DNA of 58,998 nt, the filler included. It is 7 parts of 7 records of this genome, joined end to end, with 100 filler letters (N's around TTAATTAATTAA, not from the genome) between each part and the next. Parts side by side here need not be neighbours in the genome. Positions count along the whole stretch, not along the records: positions 14,827 to 27,019 come from SRR31147125_35750; positions 27,120 to 34,481 come from SRR31147125_35758; 5 more parts are not named here. One strand, given 5' to 3'. The notes beneath the pieces are model-generated. The model saw only the letters and a program-made list of their open reading frames with translations, was not told the origin of the DNA and did no database searches. The position numbers were made by a program, and so were the translations under genes. The first letter of the stretch is position 1, and every line of letters starts with the position of its first letter. Of the stretch, positions 20,901 through 31,645 are shown piece after piece.

Positions 20901-21857
20901 ATCTCCCACATCGATTCCCAGCTCCAGGGTGCTGGTGGCGATGCAGAGCGCTTTACTTCGTTTTCGAAATCGTTTTTCCGTTTCCCTTCGAACCTTGGGC
21001 TTGAGATTGGAGTAGTGAAGCTCGCAAACGCCTTTAAAACGCCCGATTCTGTGGGCAATGGCGAATAATCGATCGCAAGCCCCCCGGCTGTTGGCGAACA
21101 TCAAGATTTTGCGGTAGTTCCAGGTGTCGTGAAGATCGTTCAAAAAGGCGGAAAGTTCTGCCGCCTCATGTTTGATATGGATAATCCGCGCTAGGATCTC
21201 CCGCGCCACCGTGGCCTGAATATGGCAGGTATCCGGAAACGGCTTGAAATTGAATGCCGCCATCACATCTTCCACATGGGCAATGGTGGCCGACATGGCA
21301 ATTCGTTGAATGGACCGGCCGTTTCGTCGTTCCAGTCGGGTTAGAAGATGGGTCAGATGAACTCCCCGGTAGTGGTAAATGAGGGGATGTATCTCATCGA
21401 TGATGATGCAGTTTACCCGAAAAAGAAAGGCTTTGAGCGTATCGTTGGTGCTTCCCAGCATCACATCCAACGATTCCGGTGTGGTGAACATGATGTCGGG
21501 GCGTTCGCCACCGCTACGCTTGAGATCACCGGTGCGGATGGCTGCATTCAGCCCCAGGCGATCGGTGAGGATGGGATGGAATCGGCGACGCAGATCCAGG
21601 GCCAAGGCGCGGGTGGGGATGATGTAGATAACCGCCGATTTCCGATTGGACTGGATGATCCGCTCCATGCAGGGAGCGAGTACCGCTTCGCTCTTTCCCG
21701 ATCCGGTGGCGGCTTGTAAAATCAGATCGTTGCCTTCGAGAATCGGGGAGATCGCTTGTCGCTGGGCCGGATGGAGAGAGGAAAACGCGCCGTAAAAGGC
21801 GCGGTAGGTGTTGGGAAGTAACAGCAGAGGAGAGTCAACGGTCACAGAGTAATCCAC
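14984..21857 (-). CDS. Giant fusion (~2290 aa reconstructed): Lhr-like DEAD/DEAH SF2 helicase + Fe-S PD-(D/E)XK (RecB/Cas4/TM0106-like) nuclease + Dna2/Upf1-like SF1 helicase; split into three ORFs by two homopolymer frameshifts
   Basis: SF2 motifs ATGSGKS, DEIH, SAT, TSTLELGIDVG, QRVGR. Nuclease motifs GVPDL...GDIK...QVAFY with C...CxxC-x5-C. SF1 motifs GPPGTGKT, DEASQ, GDVHQLPP, YRMN, TVERMQG, RLNVAMTRA. Adding one base at C6 (20711-20716) and one at A7 (15353-15359) gives a single frame of 6876 nt. Confidence 0.8.
19405..19473. repeat. (GAA/GAT)n trinucleotide tract encoding a poly-serine linker on the minus strand
   Basis: gaagaagatgatgatgaagaagatg...; about 23 consecutive Ser codons. 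Confidence 0.9.
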
Positions 21858-21860
21858 CCA

Positions 21861-23515
21861 TCAACTTTTTGATAAAATGATGCTTTGCTGATCAAGGTCC
21901 AGAAGATTGACGATCAACTTCAACTTCATCCGGGACTCGGCGCCGGCGTGCGCCATCACTTCTGAGAAGATCATGTTGTCCATGGCCTCGGTATCCGGTT
22001 CCCATCGATAGGCCAATGCGTGAATCCGGATCAATTTGCCGATAAGAAGATGCCACTCCCTGGCGGTGAGATCCCGTAGTCGGTATTGATGAATCTCTTT
22101 CCATGCAACATTGTAATTGCGTTCAAAAAACGCGACTTCCTTTGCTTTCGGAAGAGCTTGTGATTCATCCGGTTCAGTGGGGTCCGCAGCTTCGGTTCCA
22201 ACGCCAACAGGGGCTCCCGGATCTTCATCGGATTCAGCCGAATTACGCTGATCTGAATCGGATTTTGAATCGGATTGTTCCGAATGGAGTTCTTCCGAAG
22301 GCGTGTGCTTGCTCTCATCCTCCGTAAGCGGTTTTTTCTTGCCTTTCTCGGTCGAATCAATCGAATGCGTTCGAAATCCTCATCCCTGAGCTGGGTAAAA
22401 AAGTCGTGGGTAAAGGCAAACACCGGAAAAAGGCCGGGGATGGCCGTCTCCGGGCAGAAGAGTTCATGGAGCAGGGCATAGCTTTTACTACGTTGGACAA
22501 TTCTGGAGAGCATGATCGACTCGGCTTCATCAAAGAGTACAACCCACCCTCGGTATCCCATATTTTGGAACAGTTCGCCATATGCCTGAATCGCTTCCAT
22601 GTAGAGGTGATCATCTTTGCATGCCAGTGATTCCTCCTTGTAGAAAGAGACCTGGCGGTATCGGACGGCATTTCTCAGCTGAAACACGGGAATCTCTTTT
22701 CCCATGAAGGCGTTATTCAAAATCCATGGAAATTCTCTGGGCTTGAAGCGGATATGTTTTTTGAGATGGCGCTTTCTGTGGGGAATGGTCTCGGTCTGTT
22801 GCCCCATGGCCGTGAGGATCGATTTAAACCGATGGGGAATTTTTTCAGGCATGATGTCTAAAATGGCCTCTTCCACCATACGAGTCCCTTCAGCTGCTTT
22901 ATTTCTTTTATCCGTTATGGAGTTGCGTTTCTTATTCTCTTTAGAGGTTGTTTTGTTCCCCTCGACTTTTTTTACGCGGCGCTTTGCAGCATCGGCGACT
23001 GCCGCGCATTTTTGTCTCCAAAGCCCGGCAAATGCACTGAACCCTTCATCTTCTCCGGCATCGGGGAAGGTGATGTTTTCCATCAGAGCACGGTAGACCT
23101 GCTTTTGGTTATGAAACGGAACCTCTCTTGGATCGAGGTTCATGTAGCTGACCACGTAATTCTCTTCCAAGGCGCGCTGCCGAATATAGGTCAGGGTATG
23201 GGATTTTCCTTGGCCATAGGCACCGCAAACACATAGATGAGCAGGGACGCCTTTTTCAAGGTTGTCCATTTGGGTGGCATACTGCTGATTCAAGGTGGAG
23301 TCGCCACTGGAGAGCAGTTTCACACCCAGCGGATCGAAAAGTCCCTCCCTGAGTCGTTCCACGGCCCGTCGCAGTTGAAACGGGGCTGCGCACTTCAGCA
23401 ACGTTTCAAACTGAGGGATTCCGTTGGTATCAGTGATTTCGAATCCGGAGGGAGCCATCTCATTTTGCGGATCATTTGGGGGGACTTCGTGAGAAGATGT
23501 TTCTGTTTTCATCAT
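21861..23515 (-). CDS. DUF2791/BrxD-family P-loop ATPase, paralog 2 (one homopolymer frameshift near 22335)
   Basis: VERLREG, Walker A GAYGQGKS, Walker B VVLFDEAE. One extra A continues into ...LRDLTAREW...IHALAYRW...LIVNLLDL, which parallels the C-terminus of paralog 1 and stops 3 bp before the helicase GTG. Confidence 0.82.
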
Positions 23516-23531
23516 TGTTGGATTTCCCTTA

Positions 23532-24839
23532 TCAGCGGTCCCATGTGGGTTGCAACTGTTCGACCTTTTCCGCTTCCATCTCTTTCCGGGTTTCCACAAT
23601 CTGCTCTGCCATATCCATGGTTTCGGTGGACTCTCCCTGCTCCGCCATATCCAGAATCCGGATCAGCTGCTTGATGAAAAGACGCACTTCACTCAGAACG
23701 CCCATCCTTTTTTGGTTGATGCAAATTTGCTCAATCAGCTCATCCTTGACTGCTGCGTGGGCATCCCAGCGGTAGGAATTGCCGTGGATGGAGGTCAAGG
23801 TCCGTCCCAGTTCCACCAACTCTTCCGCGGTTAAAGGTGTGCGGTGGATATCCACCAACACTCCGCGGTAGTTCAGGGTGCTGCCTCCGGTATCGCCGAT
23901 GGAGCGGACTCGGCTCCACAGCGCATCATAAGATTTGAACCCTTTTTCCGAGAGTAAGACATCCGGAATGATGGAGAAGAAGATGTGCAGGAAGCTTGAG
24001 GACTCGCTGTTGTCGATGAGCAGACGCGTGTTCTCATAGGCGGCGTTGCGGATGGATGCGCCTTGAGCAATGACGGTCTCCATCTCGTCGAAAAGCAAAA
24101 TCAGCCCTTTATGACCGATAGACTTCAAAAAGAGAATCAGACCGTTGAGAAGCTGTTTGCTATTACTTTTGTTTAGAAATTCATAGATCTGAAACGGCTT
24201 GAGTTCCTTTTTGGTGACCTTGCCCCCTTCGAACCAGTGAAACAGAATCTCCCGATCACTCTCCCGTTTCGTCTCTTCCTCTTCCGTGGACGGCGGTGCA
24301 AACCGATTTTCCACAAGGGCGATCAAGGCATTGGCAAAGTTGATATCCATCCCCTGAATATTCTGAAGCTCCCGGCCCAATCGAAATCTGGCATTCTCGC
24401 CTTTATTCCCTTTGGCCTTGATGTCGCTTTGAGCCAATGCGTCCAACCAGGATTCCAAAAGCGAACGGATTCCGATCCCGTCGAAATTGCCACGAAGTTC
24501 CCGCACAATGTTCTGGTAGACCATTTCAAATTTATGGATGGGAACTTCCCTTGTCAGCACCACAAAAGAGGCGGCAAATCCTTTTGCCAGCCCCAAGTGG
24601 CGGATCACGGACATGAAATGGGTCTTGCCGTCCCCGTAATCTCCGCTGATGAAACGAACTTTGGAGCCCCCTTCGGCAATGTAGTTTTCCAGATCGTCTT
24701 CAATAAAGGTGAGCCAGTTGGTGCGTCCTACCGTGAACAGCGGAACGAAATCCACAGGAACGCTACCTTTACGTAACGCTTCGATAACGGAGCGTGCCTG
24801 GAAGGGTTTCAAATTCTGAATCTCTTCCTTAGAAATCAT
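23532..24839 (-). CDS. DUF2791/BrxD-family P-loop ATPase, paralog 1
   Basis: IEALRKGSVP...VGR N-terminus, Walker A GDYGDGKT, Walker B LILLFDEME, YDALWSR. Confidence 0.88.
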   Translation of the reverse strand: MISKEEIQNLKPFQARSVIEALRKGSVPVDFVPLFTVGRTNWLTFIEDDLENYIAEGGSKVRFISGDYGDGKTHFMSVIRHLGLAKGFAASFVVLTREVPIHKFEMVYQNIVRELRGNFDGIGIRSLLESWLDALAQSDIKAKGNKGENARFRLGRELQNIQGMDINFANALIALVENRFAPPSTEEEETKRESDREILFHWFEGGKVTKKELKPFQIYEFLNKSNSKQLLNGLILFLKSIGHKGLILLFDEMETVIAQGASIRNAAYENTRLLIDNSESSSFLHIFFSIIPDVLLSEKGFKSYDALWSRVRSIGDTGGSTLNYRGVLVDIHRTPLTAEELVELGRTLTSIHGNSYRWDAHAAVKDELIEQICINQKRMGVLSEVRLFIKQLIRILDMAEQGESTETMDMAEQIVETRKEMEAEKVEQLQPTWDR

Positions 24840-25004
24840 TGGATATCCTTAAAATGGTTCTGATTCGAATAAATCATATTTCAGCATTATTATTTGAATT
24901 TGTTGAAGCTGGTCTTCTGCCTGCCTTGTATTAGGGCAACAACAGGGTCCCCCTATATTCATGGTTCATTGTGGGGCACCGCAGAAGGGTGTGGATTTGA
25001 TTTG

Positions 25005-25850
<846 letters not shown>

Positions 25851-25890
25851 CTAAATTAGTATCTAACATTGAATCAAAAAAATATTTGCT

Positions 25891-25918
25891 ATAGTACAGC
25901 GTTTAATCATAATGTCAA
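25891..25918 (-). promoter_or_regulatory. Putative sigma70 promoter of the four-gene operon
   Basis: Minus strand TTGACA (25918-25913), 16 bp, TACTAT (25896-25891). Confidence 0.55.
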
Positions 25919-25932
25919 TGGGTTGCCTCTAT

Positions 25933-25982
25933 TTGGTTACGTTGTAAATTAGTCGTGTTGGTTACGTTGTAAATTAGTCGTG
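25933..25982. repeat. Perfect 25-bp tandem duplication
   Basis: TTGGTTACGTTGTAAATTAGTCGTG x2, directly adjacent. Confidence 0.95.
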
Positions 25983-26289
25983 ATAACTGCTAAAACTTGA
26001 TATTAACAAGTTCATATTGATGGCATTGATTTGAGCGGGTAATATCAAGCGTTATTTTGTTGTGGGGATTTTCAATTTGCTTGTCAAATAGTAATCGGAT
26101 ATTATTGTATATTTAACTTTGATAATCGAAATAGAGTCGTAATATTGACAAAATTGTATTAAAAATGCTGAATGCAGATTTTTATATAATTTAGGATCTG
26201 CTTTAGTATAATATTTGCACGATTAAAATAGTTTTGTAGAAATATCTCTCAAATCAAAAATTAACCTATGAAAACGGAGGATTGAATTT

Positions 26290-26988
26290 TTGTTTACCGA
26301 AACAGTGACTTACCCGGCAGCTTTTGGGGCAGGTCTGCTCTCTTTTTTCTCTCCCTGCATTTTGCCGTTGATTCCGGCCTATTTCACCTTTATCACAGGG
26401 CTTTCCCTGGATGAATTGACCGAAGACAGCAGACAAATCAGACAGAAGGTGATTCTTGCCACACTGGCATATGTCTGCGGGTTTTCGTTTATTTTTATCC
26501 TTCTCGGGGCGTCAGCATCGTTCATGGGGGGAATGGTATCAAAATTTGACTGGGTGATTCGTTACCTCGGAGGCGCCATTGTGCTGGTTTTCGGACTCCA
26601 TCTGCTGGGTGTGATCAATATCAAGCAGCTGAATTTTGAAAAGCGGATTCACATGACGGAAAAACCCATGCACCTTCTGGGCACCTTTATTATCGGTATG
26701 GCATTCGGTGCGGGATGGAGTCCGTGCATCGGACCGATTTTAGGCAGCATCCTCATTGTGGCAGGAAGTCAGGAAACCGTACTGCAAGGGATCGTTTTGC
26801 TGGCCCTTTACTCTGCCGGTCTTGCCATTCCGTTCATGGTGCTGTCGGTTTTCATTAACCGACTGCTTGAAATCATGAAGCGGGCCACCAAAGTATTGGG
26901 GGTTATCAATAAAGTGTCCGGTGTACTGCTCATTGCGGTGGGTATTTTACTGTTGACGGACACGTTCAGGCTTCTTGCGACATTATAA
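26290..26988 (+). CDS. ccdA: Cytochrome c biogenesis protein CcdA (DsbD TM domain)
   Basis: GLLSFFSPCILPLIP and GWSPCIGPIL; GGAGG RBS. Confidence 0.92.
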   Translation: MFTETVTYPAAFGAGLLSFFSPCILPLIPAYFTFITGLSLDELTEDSRQIRQKVILATLAYVCGFSFIFILLGASASFMGGMVSKFDWVIRYLGGAIVLVFGLHLLGVINIKQLNFEKRIHMTEKPMHLLGTFIIGMAFGAGWSPCIGPILGSILIVAGSQETVLQGIVLLALYSAGLAIPFMVLSVFINRLLEIMKRATKVLGVINKVSGVLLIAVGILLLTDTFRLLATL

Positions 26989-27019
26989 TGGCCATGTCAG
27001 GCCACCTGACACGACAAAG

Positions 27020-27119
27020 NNNNNNNNNNNNNNNNNNNNNNNNNNNNNNNNNNNNNNNNNNNNTTAATTAATTAANNNNNNNNNNNNNNNNNNNNNNNNN
27101 NNNNNNNNNNNNNNNNNNN
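27020..27119. other. Artificial contig linker
   Basis: N-run, TTAATTAATTAA, N-run. Confidence 0.98.
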
Positions 27120-27376
27120 TTTTTGCGACTTATATGGTTAAACCTTCACCCTTCTGTATCCTCGATGAGATTGATGCGGCCCTGGATGACCAGAATATTG
27201 GCCGTTTCGGGAACCTTCTTATGGAATTCGGGGACAGGTCCCAGTTTATTATAATTACCCACAATAAAAAGACGGTAGCCAGTGCCCGAACCCTTCTGGG
27301 AGTTACCATGGAAGAGTCGGGTGTCTCCAAACTCGTGGCCGTCAGGCTGGAGAATGCCGAGAGGGCCCCTGTTTGA
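27120..27376 (+). CDS. smc: Chromosome segregation protein SMC, 3' fragment
   Basis: KPSPFCILDEIDAALD (Walker B/D-loop), QFIIITHNK, GVTMEESGVS. Confidence 0.9.
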
Positions 27377-27735
27377 CAATCTTCAAGTCCGGAGAACTTA
27401 GAATAATCATTCTCATTACTCTGGGCGTCACCCTTATCGGTGTGACTGTTGCTGTTATTGTCTCTCTCTCCCGCAGGCCGGAACCGGTTGTCGTGGAGCT
27501 TGAGGCCGCTGCAGCGGGAGAAGAGGTACAGCTGTCGGATTTCATGCTCCCCAAAGGGCATCCTGAAGGTCCGGGGGAGGGAGTCCCGGACTACAAGTTG
27601 GCCCGGCCGCCCCATGAGAGGTGGAGCCGGGAGGAGATGGAGCGTTTCTGGACCGACCCCGCAGAAGCGGGACTCGAAACGCTGGCGGCTGAAAACGACC
27701 GTTTTGTGGATGAGTATTTTAATGCGGTGCCTTAA
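27373..27735 (+). CDS. Hypothetical membrane-anchored protein
   Basis: Overlaps the smc stop; single N-terminal TM segment. Confidence 0.65.
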   Translation: MTIFKSGELRIIILITLGVTLIGVTVAVIVSLSRRPEPVVVELEAAAAGEEVQLSDFMLPKGHPEGPGEGVPDYKLARPPHERWSREEMERFWTDPAEAGLETLAAENDRFVDEYFNAVP

Positions 27736-29089
27736 ACGTTTCTTACTCACAATGTTTGCAGCCTGTTTTCTTTTTTTGTCCTGCACCACGACCGACAGGC
27801 CGGACAGTGCCGTTTCTCCTGTCATCGATTCTCCGGACTTGAATACGAAAGATAAAGTAGAGCCTGTATTGACCGAGAAAGAGCCGCTCGAATTGTTGCC
27901 TCCGTCCGAATCCTTTTTAAGAACACCGGAAGAAAGAGGGGCTCCGGATCCCATCCCCATGGGGATTGTTGAGGTGGCCGACCCCCTGGAGTCTGACACT
28001 CCCGAACCCATCACTCTTGAGCTGAACCCGGAACCGCCTGTGCCGGCTACTATTTCCCTGAATGATATGAACTTGGATATGGGGATGGCGTCTGAGAATC
28101 CAGATATTACCGAGATTGAAGAGCACCCAGAGCCGGCATCAGCCTCTTTTTTGAGGGAAGAAATCGATACGACCTCGGAACAGAGGCTTGAAGCCATATC
28201 TGAGCCTGAACCTGAACCGCAGGTAGAAAAGGCCCCTGAGCTGGAGTTTGAGCCCGAACCAGAGGTTCCGGAAGACACTCCCGTCTCTGCCGCGGAAATT
28301 GTTACGGAACATCTGGAGCTGATTCTTAAACTGGACAGGAACAGGGGAAATCGGGTCGTCCTGCCGGGGACAGGCTGGATCTATCTGGGGGCCGAAGGGG
28401 TTTCGGATGAACTTCTCAATGAACCGCCGGAAATGACGTCCCGGGTATTGGGGCCGGAAGAAACCGGGTTTACCTTTCTGTTTTCATCAGGAGGCGAGTA
28501 TACCCTCTCCTTTATGAATCAGAATCTTTCCTCCGGCGGATTCAGGCAGATGGAGGCGGTATTAAGGGTTGAGAGTCCATCAGAAGAGGGCGTGGATGAA
28601 GCATCAGAGATCTCCCAAGGAGAACAAGCTGTGGGAGAAAGTTCCAAGTCGGAACCGGAGAATCTGATAATGCCCCTGACTCTGGACGAGTATGAAAGAA
28701 TTCTACAGCAGGCAGAAGAGGGGCTGATTCCTCCTCTTTTTGCCAATTTCTGGGATGATTTTCTGATTGGGCGAAGTGTATCCGGAACCGGGGACGATGG
28801 AACAATCCTGGCAATAGCGGAAACTCTGGAGGCGATGGAGGGGGACGGGGCGCAGGAGCTGGCATTGAAAACTCTGCAGTATCTTGCCGAAAGAGCGGCG
28901 CCGGGAACTGAAGACGGCATCTATATCCGACTGGCCAGGCTGCTTGAGTCGGCAGGTCCTGTGAGGGATTTGAAGCTCTCAATGGAGTACTACAAGCGGG
29001 TCCGGGACAATTACCCCGCCGGTCTGTTCTGGGAGGAAGCGGACCGGAGATTCAAATACTTAGGCCGCCATTTCTTTCAGATCCGATGA
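27722..29089 (+). CDS. Hypothetical acidic lipoprotein with C-terminal TPR-like helices
   Basis: MRCLKRFLL...FLFLSC lipobox-like signal; Glu/Pro-rich linker; YIRLARLLE...YYKRVRDNYP. Confidence 0.65.
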   Translation: MRCLKRFLLTMFAACFLFLSCTTTDRPDSAVSPVIDSPDLNTKDKVEPVLTEKEPLELLPPSESFLRTPEERGAPDPIPMGIVEVADPLESDTPEPITLELNPEPPVPATISLNDMNLDMGMASENPDITEIEEHPEPASASFLREEIDTTSEQRLEAISEPEPEPQVEKAPELEFEPEPEVPEDTPVSAAEIVTEHLELILKLDRNRGNRVVLPGTGWIYLGAEGVSDELLNEPPEMTSRVLGPEETGFTFLFSSGGEYTLSFMNQNLSSGGFRQMEAVLRVESPSEEGVDEASEISQGEQAVGESSKSEPENLIMPLTLDEYERILQQAEEGLIPPLFANFWDDFLIGRSVSGTGDDGTILAIAETLEAMEGDGAQELALKTLQYLAERAAPGTEDGIYIRLARLLESAGPVRDLKLSMEYYKRVRDNYPAGLFWEEADRRFKYLGRHFFQIR

Positions 29090-29188
29090 ATCCAGGAGTC
29101 AGATAACTAATTTCATTAAAAAGATTTACGTAATAGCAGGATTCCTGCAGGAAGGGGAGTGTTCAATTCTTGATTTGCACCAATCAGC

Positions 29189-29218
29189 TTGACATGATGA
29201 TCTAAAAAAAGGTATAAC
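29189..29218 (+). promoter_or_regulatory. Putative sigma70 promoter of the ffh operon
   Basis: TTGACA, 18 bp, TATAAC. Confidence 0.5.
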
Positions 29219-29247
29219 TGTCCCCAAACTTTTGAGGGGCCCGGAGT

Positions 29248-30576
29248 ATGCTGGAAAGGATTACTAACAGATTTAACGACATTTTCAGACAGGTTTCCGG
29301 AAAGGCGACCATCTCTGAAAAAAACATTCAGGATGCTGTAGAAGAGATTAAAATCGCCCTTCTGGAAGCAGATGTAAACCTCCGGGTTGTACGTCGGTTT
29401 GTCAATAAAACCATTGAGGAAGCCAGGGGAGAGAAGGTCCTTCGATCGGTCAATCCCGGGCAGATGTTCACCAAGCTTGTCTATGACAGGATGGTTAACC
29501 TCCTCGGCGGTGAAACCGAAGGGCTTCAGCTGAAAGGTCCGGATACCCAGTCCGTCATATTGATGATGGGGCTTCAGGGATCCGGTAAAACAACGACTTC
29601 GGCGAAGCTGGCGGCAAAACTCAAAAAAGAGGGAAGAAAACCTCTTCTTGTTGCTGCGGACCTGGTACGGCCGGCGGCCATTAAGCAGCTTCAGGTGCTC
29701 GGTGAGCAGATCGGTGTCGATGTCTACACCGAGGAGACAAAGGACGCGGTAAAGGTCGTTAAGAACGGCCTTAAATACGCGGTAAAGAATTCCCTGAATA
29801 CGGTTGTCGTGGATACTGCAGGCCGGCTCCACCTTGATGAAGAGATGATGGGGGAGATTGAGAAGGTTTTTAAGGCCGCCTCACCTCAGGAAACACTCTT
29901 TGTCGCCGACTCCATGACCGGTCAGCATGCGGTGGATATTGCCAAGGAGTTCAACGCCAGAGTTGAACTGACTGGTGTTGTCCTGACCAAGTTTGATTCC
30001 GATGCCCGGGGTGGTGCGGCTCTGTCGCTCAAAACCGTGACGGGTAAGAATATAAAGTTCATCGGTACCGGTGAAAAGATTGATGACCTCGAGGTTTTTC
30101 ATCCAGAACGTATTGCCAGCCGAATCCTCGGCATGGGTGATGTTGTCAGCCTTGTTGAAAAAGCTCAGGAACAGATAGATGTTGAAGAGGCGCAGATACT
30201 GGAAGAGAAGATGGCTTCGGCCACCTTCACTCTGGAAGACTACCTCGATCAGTTCAAACGGATGAAAAAGATGGGCAGTGTCCAGTCTCTGCTGGAGATG
30301 GTCCCCGGCCTTGCTGGTCAGGTCCCCGAAGACGCTATCGATGAGAATGAAATGAAGAGGGAAGAGGCCATTATCCTCTCCATGACGAAGACCGAAAGAC
30401 ACAATCACAGGATTCTCGGTCCTTCAAGAAGAAAAAGAGTGGCCAAAGGTTCCGGAACCAATGTTTATGAGGTAAACCGGCTCCTTAAGAAATTTGATAA
30501 AATGCGACTGATGATGAAAAAGGTCGCTAAAAATAAAAAATACCAGGCAAAATTAATGTCTCAGCTTGGTAGTTGA
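29248..30576 (+). CDS. ffh: Signal recognition particle protein
   Basis: ALLEADV, GLQGSGKTT, DTAGR, TKFDSDARGG, SRILGMGD, Met-rich M domain. Confidence 0.97.
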   Translation: MLERITNRFNDIFRQVSGKATISEKNIQDAVEEIKIALLEADVNLRVVRRFVNKTIEEARGEKVLRSVNPGQMFTKLVYDRMVNLLGGETEGLQLKGPDTQSVILMMGLQGSGKTTTSAKLAAKLKKEGRKPLLVAADLVRPAAIKQLQVLGEQIGVDVYTEETKDAVKVVKNGLKYAVKNSLNTVVVDTAGRLHLDEEMMGEIEKVFKAASPQETLFVADSMTGQHAVDIAKEFNARVELTGVVLTKFDSDARGGAALSLKTVTGKNIKFIGTGEKIDDLEVFHPERIASRILGMGDVVSLVEKAQEQIDVEEAQILEEKMASATFTLEDYLDQFKRMKKMGSVQSLLEMVPGLAGQVPEDAIDENEMKREEAIILSMTKTERHNHRILGPSRRKRVAKGSGTNVYEVNRLLKKFDKMRLMMKKVAKNKKYQAKLMSQLGS

Positions 30577-30603
30577 AGCAGGTAAACCGTACAGGAGGTT
30601 CGC

Positions 30604-30855
30604 GTGAGTGTTAAAATCAGACTGAAAAGATTTGGTACAAAAAAAAGACCATACTACAGAATCGTTGTTGCCGATTCCAGAGCTGCTCGTGACAGCAGGG
30701 CTATTGAAGAGGTAGGTATCTACCACCCCATCGAAGCCGAGGACAAGCAGGTCAATCTTAAAGAAGACAGGATCAAGGACTGGCTCTCCAAGGGCGCCAG
30801 ACCCACAACGACTGTCAAGAAGATTCTCAACAAGAATAATATCACCATCAGCTAA
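30604..30855 (+). CDS. rpsP: 30S ribosomal protein S16
   Basis: VKIRLKRFG...[11 protein letters not shown]. Confidence 0.97.
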   Translation: MSVKIRLKRFGTKKRPYYRIVVADSRAARDSRAIEEVGIYHPIEAEDKQVNLKEDRIKDWLSKGARPTTTVKKILNKNNITIS

Positions 30856-30902
30856 AACGATTAGGACAGGAAAACTCCTATCATTCGCTTAAGGAGCAGA
30901 AT

Positions 30903-31136
30903 GTGGAAAAAGATCTGGTAGAGTACATTGCAAAGTCTCTTGTTGATGATCCTTCCGAAGTCGTAGTAAACATGATTGAAGGTGAGAAATCCACCATCCT
31001 GGAGCTGAAAGTTGCCTCCGATGATATCGGAAAGGTAATTGGAAAGCACGGCAGGATTGCCAAGGCTGTCAGAACTATTCTCAGCGCCTCGGCCACCAAG
31101 ACCGGTAAAAGAATCGTTCTTGAGATCCTGGACTGA
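30903..31136 (+). CDS. khpA: KH-domain RNA-binding protein KhpA
   Basis: DIGKVIGKHGRIAKAVR; position between rpsP and rimM. Confidence 0.92.
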   Translation: MEKDLVEYIAKSLVDDPSEVVVNMIEGEKSTILELKVASDDIGKVIGKHGRIAKAVRTILSASATKTGKRIVLEILD

Positions 31137-31147
31137 AGTACAGGGTG

Positions 31148-31645
31148 ATGGATAAAGTTGTTATTGGAGTTGTCCGCAAAACCCATGGGGTGCGTGGGCA
31201 TTTCAAAGTCGCCAGTGCGTCCGGCGAGTACAAACATTTTCTTGAACTGGAAGAAATTACGCTCCGGCTCAAGGGCCGGGAGAAGGATTATCGGATTGAA
31301 GAGGTGAAACCCTTTAATCGCGAGATACTTATGAAGTTGAAGGGGATCGATTCTCCTGAAGTGGCCAGGACACTGTCCACCGGAGAGATATTGGTTCCGA
31401 AAGAGATGGGAGCTCCCCTGAAAAGAGGGGAGTTCTATAGGTCCGATTTAATCGGATGCCGTCTTTACCATGAAGGAAAGGAGATGGGGAGTATTACCTC
31501 CATTTTCGACGGGGCTCAGTCAGACCTTCTGGAAGTAAAACAGGAGGGACAGACCTGGCTTATACCCTTTATGAAGAATTACATCGGGGACGTTGACCTC
31601 GAAGCTGGAAAAATTGAGCTGTTGGCACCATGGTTGATGGAATGA
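31148..31645 (+). CDS. rimM: Ribosome maturation factor RimM
   Basis: IGVVRKTHGVRG, EFYRSDLIG, LIPF; synteny. Confidence 0.93.
   Translation: MDKVVIGVVRKTHGVRGHFKVASASGEYKHFLELEEITLRLKGREKDYRIEEVKPFNREILMKLKGIDSPEVARTLSTGEILVPKEMGAPLKRGEFYRSDLIGCRLYHEGKEMGSITSIFDGAQSDLLEVKQEGQTWLIPFMKNYIGDVDLEAGKIELLAPWLME

Noticed and set aside
14984-23515. Programmed frameshifting, phase variation or pseudogenisation of the defence-like operon
   Set aside because: The same one-base homopolymer losses occur in essential genes on other contigs, so sequencing error is more parsimonious. It cannot be fully excluded without reads.
20442-24839. Calling the locus a canonical BREX or Shango system
   Set aside because: No pglX, pglZ, brxC or TerB-like gene is on the contig; only the ATPase-helicase core is shared.
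27130-28278. Long antisense ORFs (this 382-aa one, also 43618-44724, 2009-2803 and 3553-4338)
   Set aside because: They are shadow frames opposite better-supported genes and have no recognisable motifs.
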